Both the position numbers and the translations under genes were made by a program. A stretch of DNA of 64,000 nt from Eremomyces bilateralis CBS 781.70 (Eukaryota): NCBI GenBank assembly GCA_010015585.1, contig ML975156.1. The stretch is one strand, 5' to 3'. The notes beneath the pieces are model-generated. The model was not told where the DNA came from. It ran no database searches and saw only the letters and a program-made list of their open reading frames with translations. Positions 13,267-25,708 of the stretch are shown here, piece after piece (position 1 is the first letter of the stretch; the number at the start of each line of letters is the position of its first letter).

Positions 13267-13888
13267 ATGGAAATGTGCTGCGCAATTCTCGTCGTGTTCC
13301 TGGGTGATATCGTGACACCTTTTCCTGTCATCTCTAGTCAGGTCGCCTTTGATGCCTGGCAAAGTAGTCGAACGGCGGACACGGTGATTGTTCTTTGGAC
13401 TAATTCACATCTTTCACATGAAACAATGTACAACATGCGCCGGAAGCTCTATTACCAAATCTTGTGTATGGATACAGCTGGACCCTCGTTACCCAGTCGA
13501 GGATATGTGGTGTTCCGGTCCTGAAATAAAGCACGGCAGTCCACTCGGAGACCGACCATCCTCTCAAGGAGCATCCGCACCATACTCGGAGAATTTATCG
13601 CGCATGGATGAGGGTCGGACCGTGTACTTGTACCACTCCACGCAATCCTGGAGGCTGGAGTCCATGTCGAGATCGTGGCGTGGTGCGTCGCTGTTCTTCG
13701 CACAGCAGCCCACCGTTGCACACCGTTGCGGAACTACTAACGCCCAGCTCGGAGATCAAAGGTGCTCGGGATATCAACGTCTCGTGTGGGGCACGAGAAA
13801 AGGATGTGCAGTTGTGGTGTGGCACTGGACGACCAAATGTAAATCATTAGTGGGTGGTCTGTCACATCCGCACGGGCAGGTTCATTAG
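13267..13888 (+). pseudogene. Possible second, more decayed lectin-like propeller relic
   Basis: Fragments in shifting frames (RKLYYQ, KHGSPLG, GRTVYLYH, RGASL) resemble the GSxLA...RVYYQ lectin repeat. Weak evidence. Confidence 0.25.
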
Positions 13889-14165
13889 CGCATGGAAATT
13901 TACCATCATCGTTGAATTAGGTTCCATGGTACTCGCTTGATTACTTGTTTGACAACCATCAGCGATCTCGATTGGCTTGGAGTAGACCATCATGGCAGAG
14001 CACAGCATATCTCCTCCGTTCAATGGAAACTATCCGACTCTGATTGTCATAATCTCGGTTCTCGGCGGGCATCGACACGTAACTCTCAACTGCGAGATGA
14101 AATTGTCAACATCAAGCGCCATCCATCCATCGTAGGACCCTGGAGTCGAAAATGGCGATTTATCT

Positions 14166-16673
14166 TCAGCCATGCCTCATGAAAAAGGGATGCTTTAAAG
14201 CATCATGAGGGTTGATACGCTGCGTCGGGTCGAGCTTGAGGCACTGGTCCAACAAATCCATGAAATTACGGTGCAACCGCGCGTCCTCACCGGGCGGAAT
14301 AGGGACCGCCATCTTCACTCGAGTCGCCAAGTCGATTTCCGGCTTGCTGATGGCCATACGCTTCTCATAGTACTGCTGAGTGGTCCGGTCTTGCTGCAGA
14401 GCGATGAATGTGATGTGATCATGTTCGAAATGGTCATTCCCGAAGCGACCGTCGCGAACCATCCACTTCGGAAACTTCCCGCGACACTCCATGAACTTGA
14501 GTAGCTGGTTGTTGTTGGTCCTGCCATCGAACAGGATCTTTCCTGTATACAACTCAAAGAGTGTACAGCCCGCCGCCCACATGTCGATGGCGAAGTCAAA
14601 GGGGAGGCCAAGGACGACTTCGGGTGCGCGATAATATCGACTTGCGAGGTAGCTGGTAATCTCGGCTTCCTCCTTTTCCATCGACGTGCCAAAGTCCGCA
14701 AGTTTGATATTCTTATGCGCGTGATCCACTAGGATATTGTCTGGTTTGATATCGGCATGGATGATGTTGCACTTCTTGAGGTGAGAGAGTGCGAGGAAGA
14801 CCTGTCTCGCAAACTGACGTACTCCGGTGATGTGAAGGCCGGAGTTATTGCCAATTTTCTTGAGCAATTGCCTGAAGTCCATGTCCATGTTCTCGTAGAC
14901 CAGCCACAGATGATACTTATGCTCGAATGAATCGACGAACCGAAGGATATGCTTTCGATCCTCGGGATCCGCCTCATTTAGCGTCTTCACAACCGAAATC
15001 TCCTTGAGTCCGCCTTTCTTGATCTCGTCGTTGTTGCGGATGATCTTGAGGACCACGATTTTGCTAGTGGGGATGTCTTTGGCTCGAACCACGTTTGCAA
15101 ATACGCCGCTGCCCAGATTCTCAATGATCTGATATCGTTCGTTAACGATCTCGTGGATTATGGGCCTAAAGAAACCCTCCGAGTCATCCTGCTCTCGGGC
15201 CAACCCAGCGTCCAGGTCCTGACGAACAATGGGCTTATTCGAGTCTTCAACCTGGATGTCATCCTCAAAACTTTCGGAAAACATATCGGGTACTTTGGGG
15301 CCAGTCGGAGACGAGATGGAAGCCGTGGCTGGATCTTCGACCGGGGGTAGCTCTGCTACAGACTTCGCCGTTCGACTTTCATCGTGGACATGATGCTGAT
15401 GTTCATCGCGAGCCAGGTCTGCCTTTTGGTCTGCTGTGGGATCATAATCAGCTGCAGAGACCCCGGGTATGGCGAGACGAGGCTCGGCGCGCTCCAGCTT
15501 TGGGGCGTTGCCTTCATCGAACGAATCGGCTTGAGAGCCAGGAGAATCGACGGCTTGGGGGGAATTCGGGGAAAGGAGGGGAGTCACTATAGTAGGTGTC
15601 AGAGGCCTTCCAAACATGGTCGACGCTTCCAAGGGCTGCTTACCGCTCTCCGACACGGTGACTGATCTCGTCGGATCGTAGGCTTCAGGGGTGGTGACTT
15701 CGCCGCTATGCTCAAGAGCCTGGACTAGTAAGGGCTTCGCTGATTGATTCTTGTATTTCGCTTTAATGGCCTCCCTGCGTTTTCGACGCTCTTCAATCAA
15801 AGTGGCTTCGTCGACGGGACTTAGGTCTGTCGTTAGTTCCTGGTCCTCGGAACCCACAGTTAACGCTGAAGGACCAGTGGACACGCTGTCGCCATTCGAG
15901 AGGGTATCACCCGTGCTGTGATGCTGGTCAGTCTGGTTTTGAAATCGAATAGGACGAGTAGAGGCATACAAATGAACGGTTTTCGCCCGACCAGGTCTCG
16001 CGCTTGGAGTGGAGTTGGGAGTAGCTGTGTTAATTGAAGAAGCATGGCCTCTGTCAGGTATGCCTTTCGCACCACCACGCCCTGGATGCCGATTCTGTCC
16101 CGACCTTCCACTTGACGCGGTTCCATTGGCAGTCGCAGCTGGTGCTTCGCGGAAGGTAGCCCGTCGCTCATCCCGTCGATAATCGTGGTGCGAATAATCG
16201 TTTCCTCTGCTCCTCCGTGCGGGTGAGCGGCTTCGATCGCGGGGCAGCCGATCTGAGTGGTGGGTAGAGGACTCTTGACCCGATCGGCTGTGTCTGTCCC
16301 TCGCTGACGGATCTCCATCTCGATCATAGTATCCCCGATTGTGGCCATATTCCCGTTCTCCCTGATAAGCATGACGGCTTTGTCGCTGTTCCTCATAATG
16401 GACCTTGAATCGTCTAGGGTCACGTCGATGGCTGTGGTCTTCATCGTCGTCTCGACGACGTTTCTCACCCCGAGGGGATCTGGACCGAAACGGGGAGCGG
16501 GATCGATCTCGGGCGCCATCTAAGCCGAACGAAAGTCTTGGTGATCGTGACTGGGAGTCTCGAGTTCTGTCTGGACGGTCAATATCGGAGTCACTCGTGG
16601 CGTGCCGTGCCGTAGTTGCCTTCTCGACCTCAGTCTCGATGATTTCCCCCTCTGATGCCGACGGTGAGCTCAT
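14166..16673 (-). CDS. PRP4: PRP4 pre-mRNA splicing Ser/Thr kinase; predicted introns 15916-15969 and 15587-15643
   Basis: RS/RD-rich N-terminus; DDSEGFFR, GSGVFANV, IIHADIKPDN, DFG and ITSYLASRYYRAPE kinase motifs. Both introns have GTATGC/GTAAGC donors and CTGAC branch sites. Confidence 0.92.
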   Translation of the reverse strand: MSSPSASEGEIIETEVEKATTARHATSDSDIDRPDRTRDSQSRSPRLSFGLDGARDRSRSPFRSRSPRGEKRRRDDDEDHSHRRDPRRFKVHYEEQRQSRHAYQGEREYGHNRGYYDRDGDPSARDRHSRSGQESSTHHSDRLPRDRSRSPARRSRGNDYSHHDYRRDERRATFREAPAATANGTASSGRSGQNRHPGRGGAKGIPDRGHASSINTATPNSTPSARPGRAKTVHLYASTRPIRFQNQTDQHHSTGDTLSNGDSVSTGPSALTVGSEDQELTTDLSPVDEATLIEERRKRREAIKAKYKNQSAKPLLVQALEHSGEVTTPEAYDPTRSVTVSESGKQPLEASTMFGRPLTPTIVTPLLSPNSPQAVDSPGSQADSFDEGNAPKLERAEPRLAIPGVSAADYDPTADQKADLARDEHQHHVHDESRTAKSVAELPPVEDPATASISSPTGPKVPDMFSESFEDDIQVEDSNKPIVRQDLDAGLAREQDDSEGFFRPIIHEIVNERYQIIENLGSGVFANVVRAKDIPTSKIVVLKIIRNNDEIKKGGLKEISVVKTLNEADPEDRKHILRFVDSFEHKYHLWLVYENMDMDFRQLLKKIGNNSGLHITGVRQFARQVFLALSHLKKCNIIHADIKPDNILVDHAHKNIKLADFGTSMEKEEAEITSYLASRYYRAPEVVLGLPFDFAIDMWAAGCTLFELYTGKILFDGRTNNNQLLKFMECRGKFPKWMVRDGRFGNDHFEHDHITFIALQQDRTTQQYYEKRMAISKPEIDLATRVKMAVPIPPGEDARLHRNFMDLLDQCLKLDPTQRINPHDALKHPFFMRHG

Positions 16674-17362
16674 GATGGGCGCAAGATATTACAGTCTTGG
16701 CCACGGAAGCCGGAGACGCCGACCTTGGAGGGTGGAAAACGCGTTAGCTTTGCCGTTGTGACCAACAATAGAGGAGGCCTATCAAGCCTGACCAACAGTC
16801 ATCACCTTTCCTCTAATTCCGTGCAAGCTGCTGCAGCGGCGGCCGAAACTCTCAGATGGAGCAAGAGCGAGAGAAAGGGCTTCGTAATTTGACGGTTGGG
16901 TGTACGAAAGAGCAAATGGGTGATGTGTGATGTCAAGTTCTCAAGCTGTAGAAGGGACGAAAGAAGAAGTGAATCATGGAATTCCCAGACATCAAAGTGA
17001 TCAATCACAAAGTGCTGGTGCTGCATGGGAGCGAGGCAACGAAATGAGGCCACAAGGCCGCAACGCTCTCTGCGTCGCACGGGGATGAGATCAGGAGAGA
17101 GAAATATTATTATATTAATAAGACTCACGGACTGCATTTCAAGGGAATGGGCGTCTTTAAGCCTTAATTATATTTTTCCATGCTGATTGATATGAGAATC
17201 TTGGAAATCTAAATGGTGAGCTCGTGGCGGACGAAGACTGCATTCCATCGTAAACTCATCCAGAAATTATGTGAATTCATCATTTATAAGCTATTCAAAG
17301 TCGGCGTTTATCAATGTATCAACCCTAACACTAGTCACTCGGCTCAGATCTGCATCGCCGTA

Positions 17363-18235
17363 CTAAGAATTGAGGGCTACATTGATGAGTCCGAGGCTCC
17401 GTAGCCCAAACAAAAGGCTCAGTGTAAGGAGGACTCCCAGAGCGATAGCCCGCCATTGGTGTGCGAGCCGCGTAGTGGATGACCTACTGACAATGAGCGT
17501 CCTCTGCAGTAGAGGTACATACCGTTTGAGGCCTGGCAATCCGTCCAAGCTCTCTTCGTTCCTCCGACCCCAGGGTTCTATGCCCTTGGCCAAGGCATTT
17601 TCCTCAGTCTTGAAGTTCCACAGTTGAAGAGTCTCCCGCGCTATCATATTTCCATCCAAATACTGTGCGTTTCCCGGCTTGGGCTTCTCAGCTGCGACGC
17701 TACTAAGCACCGGTACCGCAAAACCGCAGCTCGTCTGTGCCTTGAAGACATCAAGTATAATGAGCGCTCGAACGCCGGTCAAGCTGACTCCGATAGGGAC
17801 ATCTGGGTCAACCTGCATCCCGGATTTGACAGCTTTCGTAAACCACGAGTCAAAGCCATCAGGGCCAGGGCTTCCACGCTCTATCACTCGACCGCGGCAG
17901 AAGAGCCGCATGATGCGTGGCGACTTGCCGAAGCTACAAGCCATGATCGTGGCACGCCCATTTTCATATATATGGGAGATGGTTTCGATTCCTGAACCTG
18001 TTTTGTCCAAATACACGACACGATTCGGCGAGAGAACCGCAAGTGTGGACCGCGGATACCCCTTAGGGGAGAGATTCACATGATCACCTGTCTAGTCCTG
18101 GTCAGCGACTAGCCTCTTTGATAACATTCGCCGGTACGGTAAGCTTACAAGAGGTGCAGATGCAATGTAGAAAAGCGGCTGGGAAAGAAGCCACTCGGTT
18201 AACTCAGGCGTTAGAGACGGATAAAATTGGACCAT
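17363..18235 (-). CDS. Pyridoxamine 5'-phosphate oxidase-like (FMN-binding split barrel) protein with C-terminal TM; intron 18092-18148
   Basis: MVQFYPSL..LFYIASAPL|TGDHVNLSPKG, YLDKTGSGIETISH..ENGRATIM..PRIMRLF, QTSCGFAVP, SLDGLPGL. Confidence 0.85.
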
Positions 18236-19126
18236 ATTCGAGGCAGGGTGAGGGAGCAGTTATATCCACAATGGCATGAAATCCGCGCTTGATTTGCCCC
18301 TGAAACCGACTTTGGGCAACTCAGTTCGAACTTAGGGGGATTAACTCAAGAATTGATTCAAACCAAACCAGAGGAAGTGGAGTTTAGAAACTGTGGGAGC
18401 GATCAGTGCTTGTAGGGGTGAGTCACGTTAATCCGACCTCGGGATTTACTATCGTATTCTAGAATTACTGAACGTTAAAAAAAGCTCCTATTCGGCCATC
18501 AGTTAACTCCGTTTGGCTGAAGATCTTTGGAGCGTCTTAGGCCTTAGCTACATAATAGGTTAGGCATATGGCGTTGTTACCAGAGGCCCCGCGGTCGGAA
18601 AGCGACACGATTTTATAATCACGTGATAAATGTCTTAGTAAGAAACATGTCTATTGGGCAAATGGGCACCGTGTCCAAGTCACCCGTGTCCATGACTCCA
18701 TGAGACACCGTCTCGTCCAAAAGCCAACGAACTACCAAATTTCAAGGCGGACGAAATGAACCAATCATGCTGGTTTCACTTCCCCTCGTACCTACCTGTA
18801 CATGGCCTGGAGCGTCTCTCATTATTATTATTCACTCCTCGTCGGAACAAGAATCATTCCTGAGCGAATCTACCCAGCGGATATCCCAGATTCCCAGGCG
18901 GGTTTGCTTCTGTTGCTTTCATGTGGGCACAATCTTCACTTTACGACAGATATATCTATCGCCTGCAACAGCTTCTCCAATTGCGCCTTTGAAGGAGACC
19001 TGTCTCCAGCTTCTTTATTTCACTTCACGCCCCGCGTCGCATCGAATCACCTCTCGAACGGTTCGGTTCCTCTCATGTTGCTTACCGGGGCATCATTCTG
19101 TCCCTCTCCTTCCCTTCTCTCCCTGA

Positions 19127-20647
19127 ATGCAATCATCGATCTCTTCTAAGCTCCTCGCCATGGGTTCCGGAGAAAAGTCGGGGCATCCGCTGATTGACGA
19201 TTTCTTCTCATACCTTAAACCACAGAAGTCTCCGCAAGATGTGCTTGCGGAGAAAGAACGCCAATGGATATATGCCGAGGAGGAGCTCTTGAGAACCCCA
19301 TCGATCTTGGACGGCATGTCGCTTGAGGAAGAAAGGATCGCTCGGTTCAAAGGGACGAATTTCATCACTCAAGTTGGCATTATGCTCAAGCTGTCTCAAA
19401 TCACAATCTCGACGGCTTCCGCCCTCCTCAACCGGTACCTTATGCGACGGTCTCTCGTCGCTAAGAGTGACTACAAGCCTCTACATCACTATGTGAGTGT
19501 CTACGTGCGACTTGGTAGCTCGAATCGAGAACGCTGATTCTTCGCTTCCCAACAGCAAATCGCTGGAATCTGCCTCTTCATCGCGACCAAGATCGAAGAG
19601 CAATGCCGCAACATCAAGGAAGTTGTCATCGCGTGTTGCCGTGTCGCCCTCAAGAACCCCAACATGATTGTCGATGAACAAACCAAAGACTACTGGCGCT
19701 GGCGCGACACCATCAACCTCAACGAGGACAAGATTCTGGACATGCTATGCTTCGACGTCAACATCGAATCTCCCTACCGACTACTTTTCGATATGCTCAA
19801 GTACTATAACGTCGCGCATGAGAAGCAGCTTCGGAATGCTGCCTGGAGTTTCCTCAACGACTCCAACTTAACCCAGGCATCCTTGCTATTCACGGCCCGG
19901 ACGATTGCTGCGGCTGCGCTCTATTGCGGGGCCAAACATTGCGGGGTCGATTTTGCGGATGATGGCGGTGGCCGACCATGGTGGGAAGTCCAACGAGTGA
20001 AGCTCAGGGATGTGCGACGGGCGTGCAACTACATGGCCGACGGTTACGATGGAAAGGTCGCCGAGGCGGCGAAGCAATTGGATCCCCAAAGCAAAGATCG
20101 ATGGTCGTTATATGGAGCGATGCGGACCCCCGAAGACGGCGACGAGCGGAATGCGAAGACCCGAGTGCGACGAGAGAGCGGAATGGCAACACCTGGAAGC
20201 GCGATTTCGTTTGGGGAAGCGGAGGGAGCGCCAGAGACGCAGCGCACCGACAGTCAACTCACCGCAGAGAAGTCGCGTCGAAGTGAGCGAGCACCGCTGG
20301 AGAACGGGACCATCCCGACGTCGCACGCCAATAATGGCGACGATCCTATCGCAAATGACCTGAAGAAACCCGAAAAACGCACCCTCGCATCACGAATCCC
20401 CGCAGCGGTAGCGTCTGTTTCGCGGGTTCCGGCGGCGGCACGACAACTCCAGGAAGCACATGAGAATGGCGATGAGCGACCGGCGAAACGCGCTCGAACC
20501 GAAGAACGAGATCCGGATCCGATTCGTGACATCACCAATGGGCGCGTATTGCCGGCGAAGATCAATGGGAACGGTCTTGAGCCGGTGAAGGCAGCAGAGG
20601 AGGAGGACCCTGCTATCGGAAGTGAGGAAGGAGAAGTTGAAGAATAA
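19127..20647 (+). CDS. pch1: Cyclin T/K-like transcriptional cyclin (Pch1); intron 19493-19555; start may be 19160
   Basis: QWIY.EEELLRTPS..DG, KGTNFITQVG.MLKL, LFIATKIEE, VDEQTKDYWRWRD, LCFD cyclin-box motifs. Confidence 0.88.
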
Positions 20648-20695
20648 ACACCACATGAACCCTACGAACCACGATCTCACCACACAATATTCATA

Positions 20696-21091
20696 CTAAT
20701 GTGTCTTGTTATTCTTATTATTATAGATCTCTCCCTGGATGATCGACCACAGCCAGTTCCACTGATGGTCTTGAGTCGAGAGAAACTTGTATGCTTGCGA
20801 AACCGACATTCTGCAAACGGGGACATCCTTCGTTTTGCGAGACAGATCGAAAGCGCCCGTTGCCGGCGGCTGAAGTGGTTGTTCGAGATTGAGGAAGGCG
20901 ACAAGTTCCATGAGCGAGAGGAAGGCGAAATCTGGAGCGACTGAGGCGGTCCAACTTGAAGCACGGTCCTCGAACATGTTCATTGCTATTCTTTGGAGTT
21001 CTGAGGCGAATGAACCGGTTGATACCACGGCAATACCAGGAAACGCGGAGTTTTGGGAACGAGCCTGGAGCACTTCGGCACTGTAGTGCAT
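20696..21091 (-). other. Possible short hypothetical ORF or relic, convergent with pch1
   Basis: 131-codon open frame with protein-like composition; no recognisable motif. Confidence 0.2.
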
Positions 21092-21733
21092 TCTGAGCCA
21101 GGAGAGCGAGGCTGTAGATATGAATAGATTGACCCCTGAGCGAATTGATTAGGTTCAATCATCTCCTGATTAATTCCATGGTTAATACATCGCTCCTGAA
21201 TGACGCAACCCCCCCTTTTCTGTTCTGTGTAGCTAATATCAAGCTGTCAACCATGCACAAGTCGAGTACATGTCCACGATCGCTCGGTTCACTATCGGCT
21301 TTCACGAAAGCCCGTGCAAACACATGTGCTAAATAAGCGGTGAGTTAGGCTGGGAATTCGACAAAGTCAAGTTACTGGTATATCAGTTACTGGCATCAAA
21401 CGGAATAATGTGGAACTGGATAGTAAGCGATACACGTCTTGCGAGCAAAAGATACGGATACATCGACGTTTTTGCAAATAAAACTGATAGCGTCCAAAAA
21501 AAAATGACAGCGTAACCAGACCATCCAGAAAAGACAATACGGCTGACTACTGTTCGACGCCTCGGTAGCGAGATACCTAGCGAGAAACATCAAATCGTGA
21601 TCATATGCGCCTCGGACGCCATATCCAGCAACCAGCCACCGAGGCCGACGAATTCAAATCCCATGCTCTTGAATCGTGTCCACAACCGAATGCCAGGATA
21701 ACATACTCATAGCAACCAGCCCCTCCCTCCCGA

Positions 21734-22508
21734 TCACACAATCATCTGCGCAACCCCCTGGCCGCCCAGCGTTTTCGAGCTCATGAACTCCTGCTTCTTC
21801 AACCCGGCCAACGCATAGAACGCCGCAGCCACGAGCAGTAGGATCGCCGCGGCGATCAGGCTCGTCGTCTTCGCGATGATCGATAACCATTGGATGGTCG
21901 ACATGACGCCGTAGACGGCGGCGCGCATGTAGGACGTGTTGAAGCGACGGATGAATTCGTCGAACTTTCCGGAGGTCGGGCAGATCCGAAGGAGGAGGGG
22001 GATCTCGATAAAGAGGATGATGAAGGAACATACACTGTGACGACGGGTTAGATGCGGGCCAGCGACCCAGCACGCAGAAATGGAGGGTGTCGAGCACGTA
22101 CAGGCATATGACGCTAAAAACGATAACCCAATGGAAGTTGAAGATGTTTGCAATGCCGAGGGCAAAGCATAGGATCATTGCGATCACTCCGGTCCTGTTC
22201 GGGGCATGTCAGTCGTGGTTTTCTATTCATCCACCGCAGATTGTTCGGGATCGTGTCTCGGTCTAGATCGCAGCGAGAACTCCATATCATGCCATGGAGA
22301 GGGACATTGTACAATCGGACATCGTACGATGCATAGGGGACTCATGGCACTGCCTGGGACGGGTTGTGATTGCATGGCGGTACTAACCATTGTCCATATA
22401 TACCTATACAATAGCATGTCAGCATCCATCGCCTGGTCCATCCGAACCGCCCTCGACTCTATCGAACTTACTGAAGTTCCTCGTTCTGAACTCATCCATC
22501 AACGTCAT
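21734..22508 (-). CDS. TVP18: Golgi membrane protein Tvp18; exons 22508-22472, 22403-22388, 22194-22102, 22034-21734
   Basis: Spliced protein MTLMDEFRTRNFSIYGQWTGVIA...FIEIPLLLRICPTS..FD...SKTLGGQGVAQMIV. Confidence 0.93.
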
Positions 22509-23591
22509 GGCGGCGGTCTGGCGGGACGAACCGCGATGGCAACCGAATTAGAAGGGGTTTGGATACGAGTGTGCCGAAGCGATCCGTGGTAGAGGCGTCC
22601 AAGGTTGTATTGTTGTCCTCTCGGTTTCGGGAATTCGGGGAACTGATGCGCAGCGGCGTGCGATGATGGATGGAACACGGCAAAGTTGAGGAGGGATTTG
22701 GGGAATCGACGGATGGGAAGGAGTCGGTTTAAGAGAATCGTGGCAGTGACAATGGCAGTAACAGAAAACGGGTGTTGTGAAGTGCGTTGCGGACAAAGAG
22801 GGAAGTAAAGGTGCTGCCTCAATAAGCTTGCGTAAGTCAGAAGTAGAGAAGCTCCACGTTGTTCACGTTTGTCGGACTTCTAGAGCCTAGAGGGATGGCC
22901 GATGGCCGACGGGGCAACGCTGCTGGGGCTGCCACGCTTGGCTATTTGCGGCCATTATCCCTGTTTTCACTTTGAATATTGAAATTGAACCTTATGCCTC
23001 AATCCTAATTTCAGAATGTGGAATCACTATTCTCATTTTGGAAATTGTAGAGCAAATCTATCGAGTTTAACAAGAGTCGGCCTGCTCATCAAGGTTGCCC
23101 TGAACTTCACAGCAGAGGGGTGACGTATGGACTTTAGCAATCAGCAATTCAGTATATATGGATGAAGGCCCCCATGCAAAGTCATATTCCGCGGTACCAA
23201 GAGGACTGTAGGTGACAGGAGTGTAAGCACCCGGAAAGTGCAGAATCCTTGGATGAATAATGTAGAGAAGCGACCCGAGTCGGCCACTCCGATTGCTGTC
23301 CCTTCAGACTCACTCATGTCCATCGTGGATGTGGTATCTCGCTGGGGAGCCGGAACTCGGGTCGAGGTTGGTACTGGTGTTGCCTACCACAGGTACAGCG
23401 GGTGATGGATATCTACAGCTTGTGTTCTTGCCAATAGAACGGCAAATCAGCCTCAAATCGTGACATGTATTCGTCCTTCTCCTGATATACCCCGCTATCT
23501 CTATGCCGATCAAGTACAAACATGAAAATGGAGTGAATTTATGCAAACGCATCGCTCACGCCATGGCAAGCAAGCAAGAACTACTTATGGC

Positions 23592-24196
23592 TTACGCAGC
23601 CGGATAGACTAGTCGGAAGATGTCGTTGAACACGTAATAGCTTCCTTGTCCATCGGGCTTCAGCTGGAACACTTGGCTGTAGCTCATCGGTCGCTGTTCT
23701 TCGTCGACCTAGAACGCGGTCAGTCGGAGAGCCCTGGCGAAACGCACTCGCGGAAAGTGACTCACCAGAAGTGCGCCGGTCACCATCACGACGATCGAGC
23801 CGTCTTCGGCCGCGGGTTGGGCATCGAGACTTGCCACCTGGTGCTTGACTTTTGAGAAGGGAAGGCCCTGTTTCCGAACAGTTAGATGAGTACCTAACGA
23901 GGAGGTTACATCGAGGCACAAACGGTCAACTTCTCCATGATGGCATCGGCGCCCATGGTCGGGGTTTGCTCAAAGGTGAGCATGGAGTTCGGGCGCTGAG
24001 CAGAGCAGGTTAGCGGGATGGTATCGAGGAGGAGGCATAGCAGCAGGAGCCCATACATATAAGCCGGCAAGTTGTGTCCGGTTTCCATCGAAGGTATTAT
24101 AGTAGAATTCGACGAACTGCTCTGGTTCTTGTTAGATTCGTGGCCAAGGTGGGTGAGAAGTTTCGAGAACGTACGGGCGATACCAGTGAAATCCAT
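23592..24196 (-). CDS. NTF2: Nuclear transport factor 2; 5 exons
   Basis: Spliced MDFTGIAQQFVEFYYNTFDGNR..LY RPNSMLTFE..GLPFSKVKHQVASLDAQP..VTGALL VDEEQRPMSYSQVFQL..YYVFNDIFRLVYPAA. Confidence 0.95.
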
Positions 24197-25708
24197 CTTG
24201 ACAGAGTTAAACGCTGGTCGGCTTGGAATAAGCGTCGGATATTTAGAGAGGTAGGGATGTGAAGAGGCAGAGAGTTGGCGAGTTGGTGAGTTTGATAATT
24301 TAAGAGAATTGTCCGTTGAGCTCTAGAACAGGCAGCGTTCTTTTGCATCCGACTTCCGTTGCGATGCGTTGTTGACGAGGGGCAGCCGCCATGCGACAGC
24401 ATCGGGCAGCAAGGCTGTAAGGCGCCAATCCTTTGTCATTTGCGTGGACTGGACACGTGGATCATTGTTCTTCCGTGGGATACAAGTCACGTGCTATTTT
24501 GAAATCATCGTGAACTTGAAAGTTTTCTCCCACACCTTTCTCATCTTCATTAATCCTTTACAAGTACTTCCTGCTTTAACTGGCACCAAAATGCAAATAA
24601 TGGTGCTTTGGATTGCTCTTGGGCAATATTAACCGTGGTGGTAAGTGAGCCTTTGCTATCTATCCTCCTCTCCAGCCCTGTTCGTCTGATGATTTACCAC
24701 ATAAACGATAACTTCTGAATCTCATGAAGAGAAAATTCAAGTTCAAGCTCAACAATCTGACTTTCGTCAACCCCTTTCAACTTGTTTCATGTAGCTTTAT
24801 GGCACAGAGACTAACAAACTATACAGACTTCCACATACCTACCGTAGTGGGCGATGTTCACTGCAGGTAACATTGTATACATCTGCCCGCGGAACCTATG
24901 ATGTTGTATAAGTCGAGCATGATTGGATGTACAGACCAATTGAGCTATCAACATAGATATCTTCATGAATGAATTCATCCAAGACAAAATCCTTTGTATA
25001 TTGATGTGCTGCACTTTGAAGCGTGATGTACTGTGCCAGACGTAGAGCAACTGCTGATGGTAATAATTCTTCCACCTATTTCACAGACTGGAGACTGAGG
25101 GCTGGTCTTTGCCATCTATTGGAATCATGTGTTTACTCTATTGCCTTGCTCGCAAAACTCGGAGCAATCATGATGTTCGCCCACTTCGGAAGGACTTGCG
25201 AGTCGTGCCTTGTGTGACTTGTGAGGCAAACATCTGGAACTGCGCCTCCACTCTCCATGAAGTTCCCGTCCCCAACATCTGAGCATACCTCCACGGAAAC
25301 CGAAAATATGCCTTGTCCTACATAAATTTCACGGAGAACGCGTGGCAGCAGCCAAGCCTCTGATGCTCGTAACTGAAACCAAACTGTGCCGCAACCTGCG
25401 CAACTGAACCAGCTTCCATACCTCTCGGCGTTCTCCCGTGCATTCAACATCAGTGGAACCGCTCATCACTTCCGCTACGGAATGGAAGTTGTCCCGATCA
25501 TTGATGCCATGACGTTTCAGGGAAGAGGCTCAGCTCATGCCTTCATTCACGTAGGCCCAAGTGAATGGAGCCGATTGCAGGTATTAAAGTCGACGGATAT
25601 CCTGAACGAAGGATCAACTACCTGTAAGTGTTCAGAGAGAAACTTTATATCCATCTCAGAGCATCCCCTGTTACGTTTGAGCCAATTTTTTATACAAGAG
25701 TCAACAAC

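Noticed and set aside
23868..23923. NTF2 intron 3 has an internal TTAG|GTAC, suggesting a twin or recursive intron
   Set aside because: The two halves would be only about 30 and 26 nt, too short; a single 56-nt intron restores the protein.
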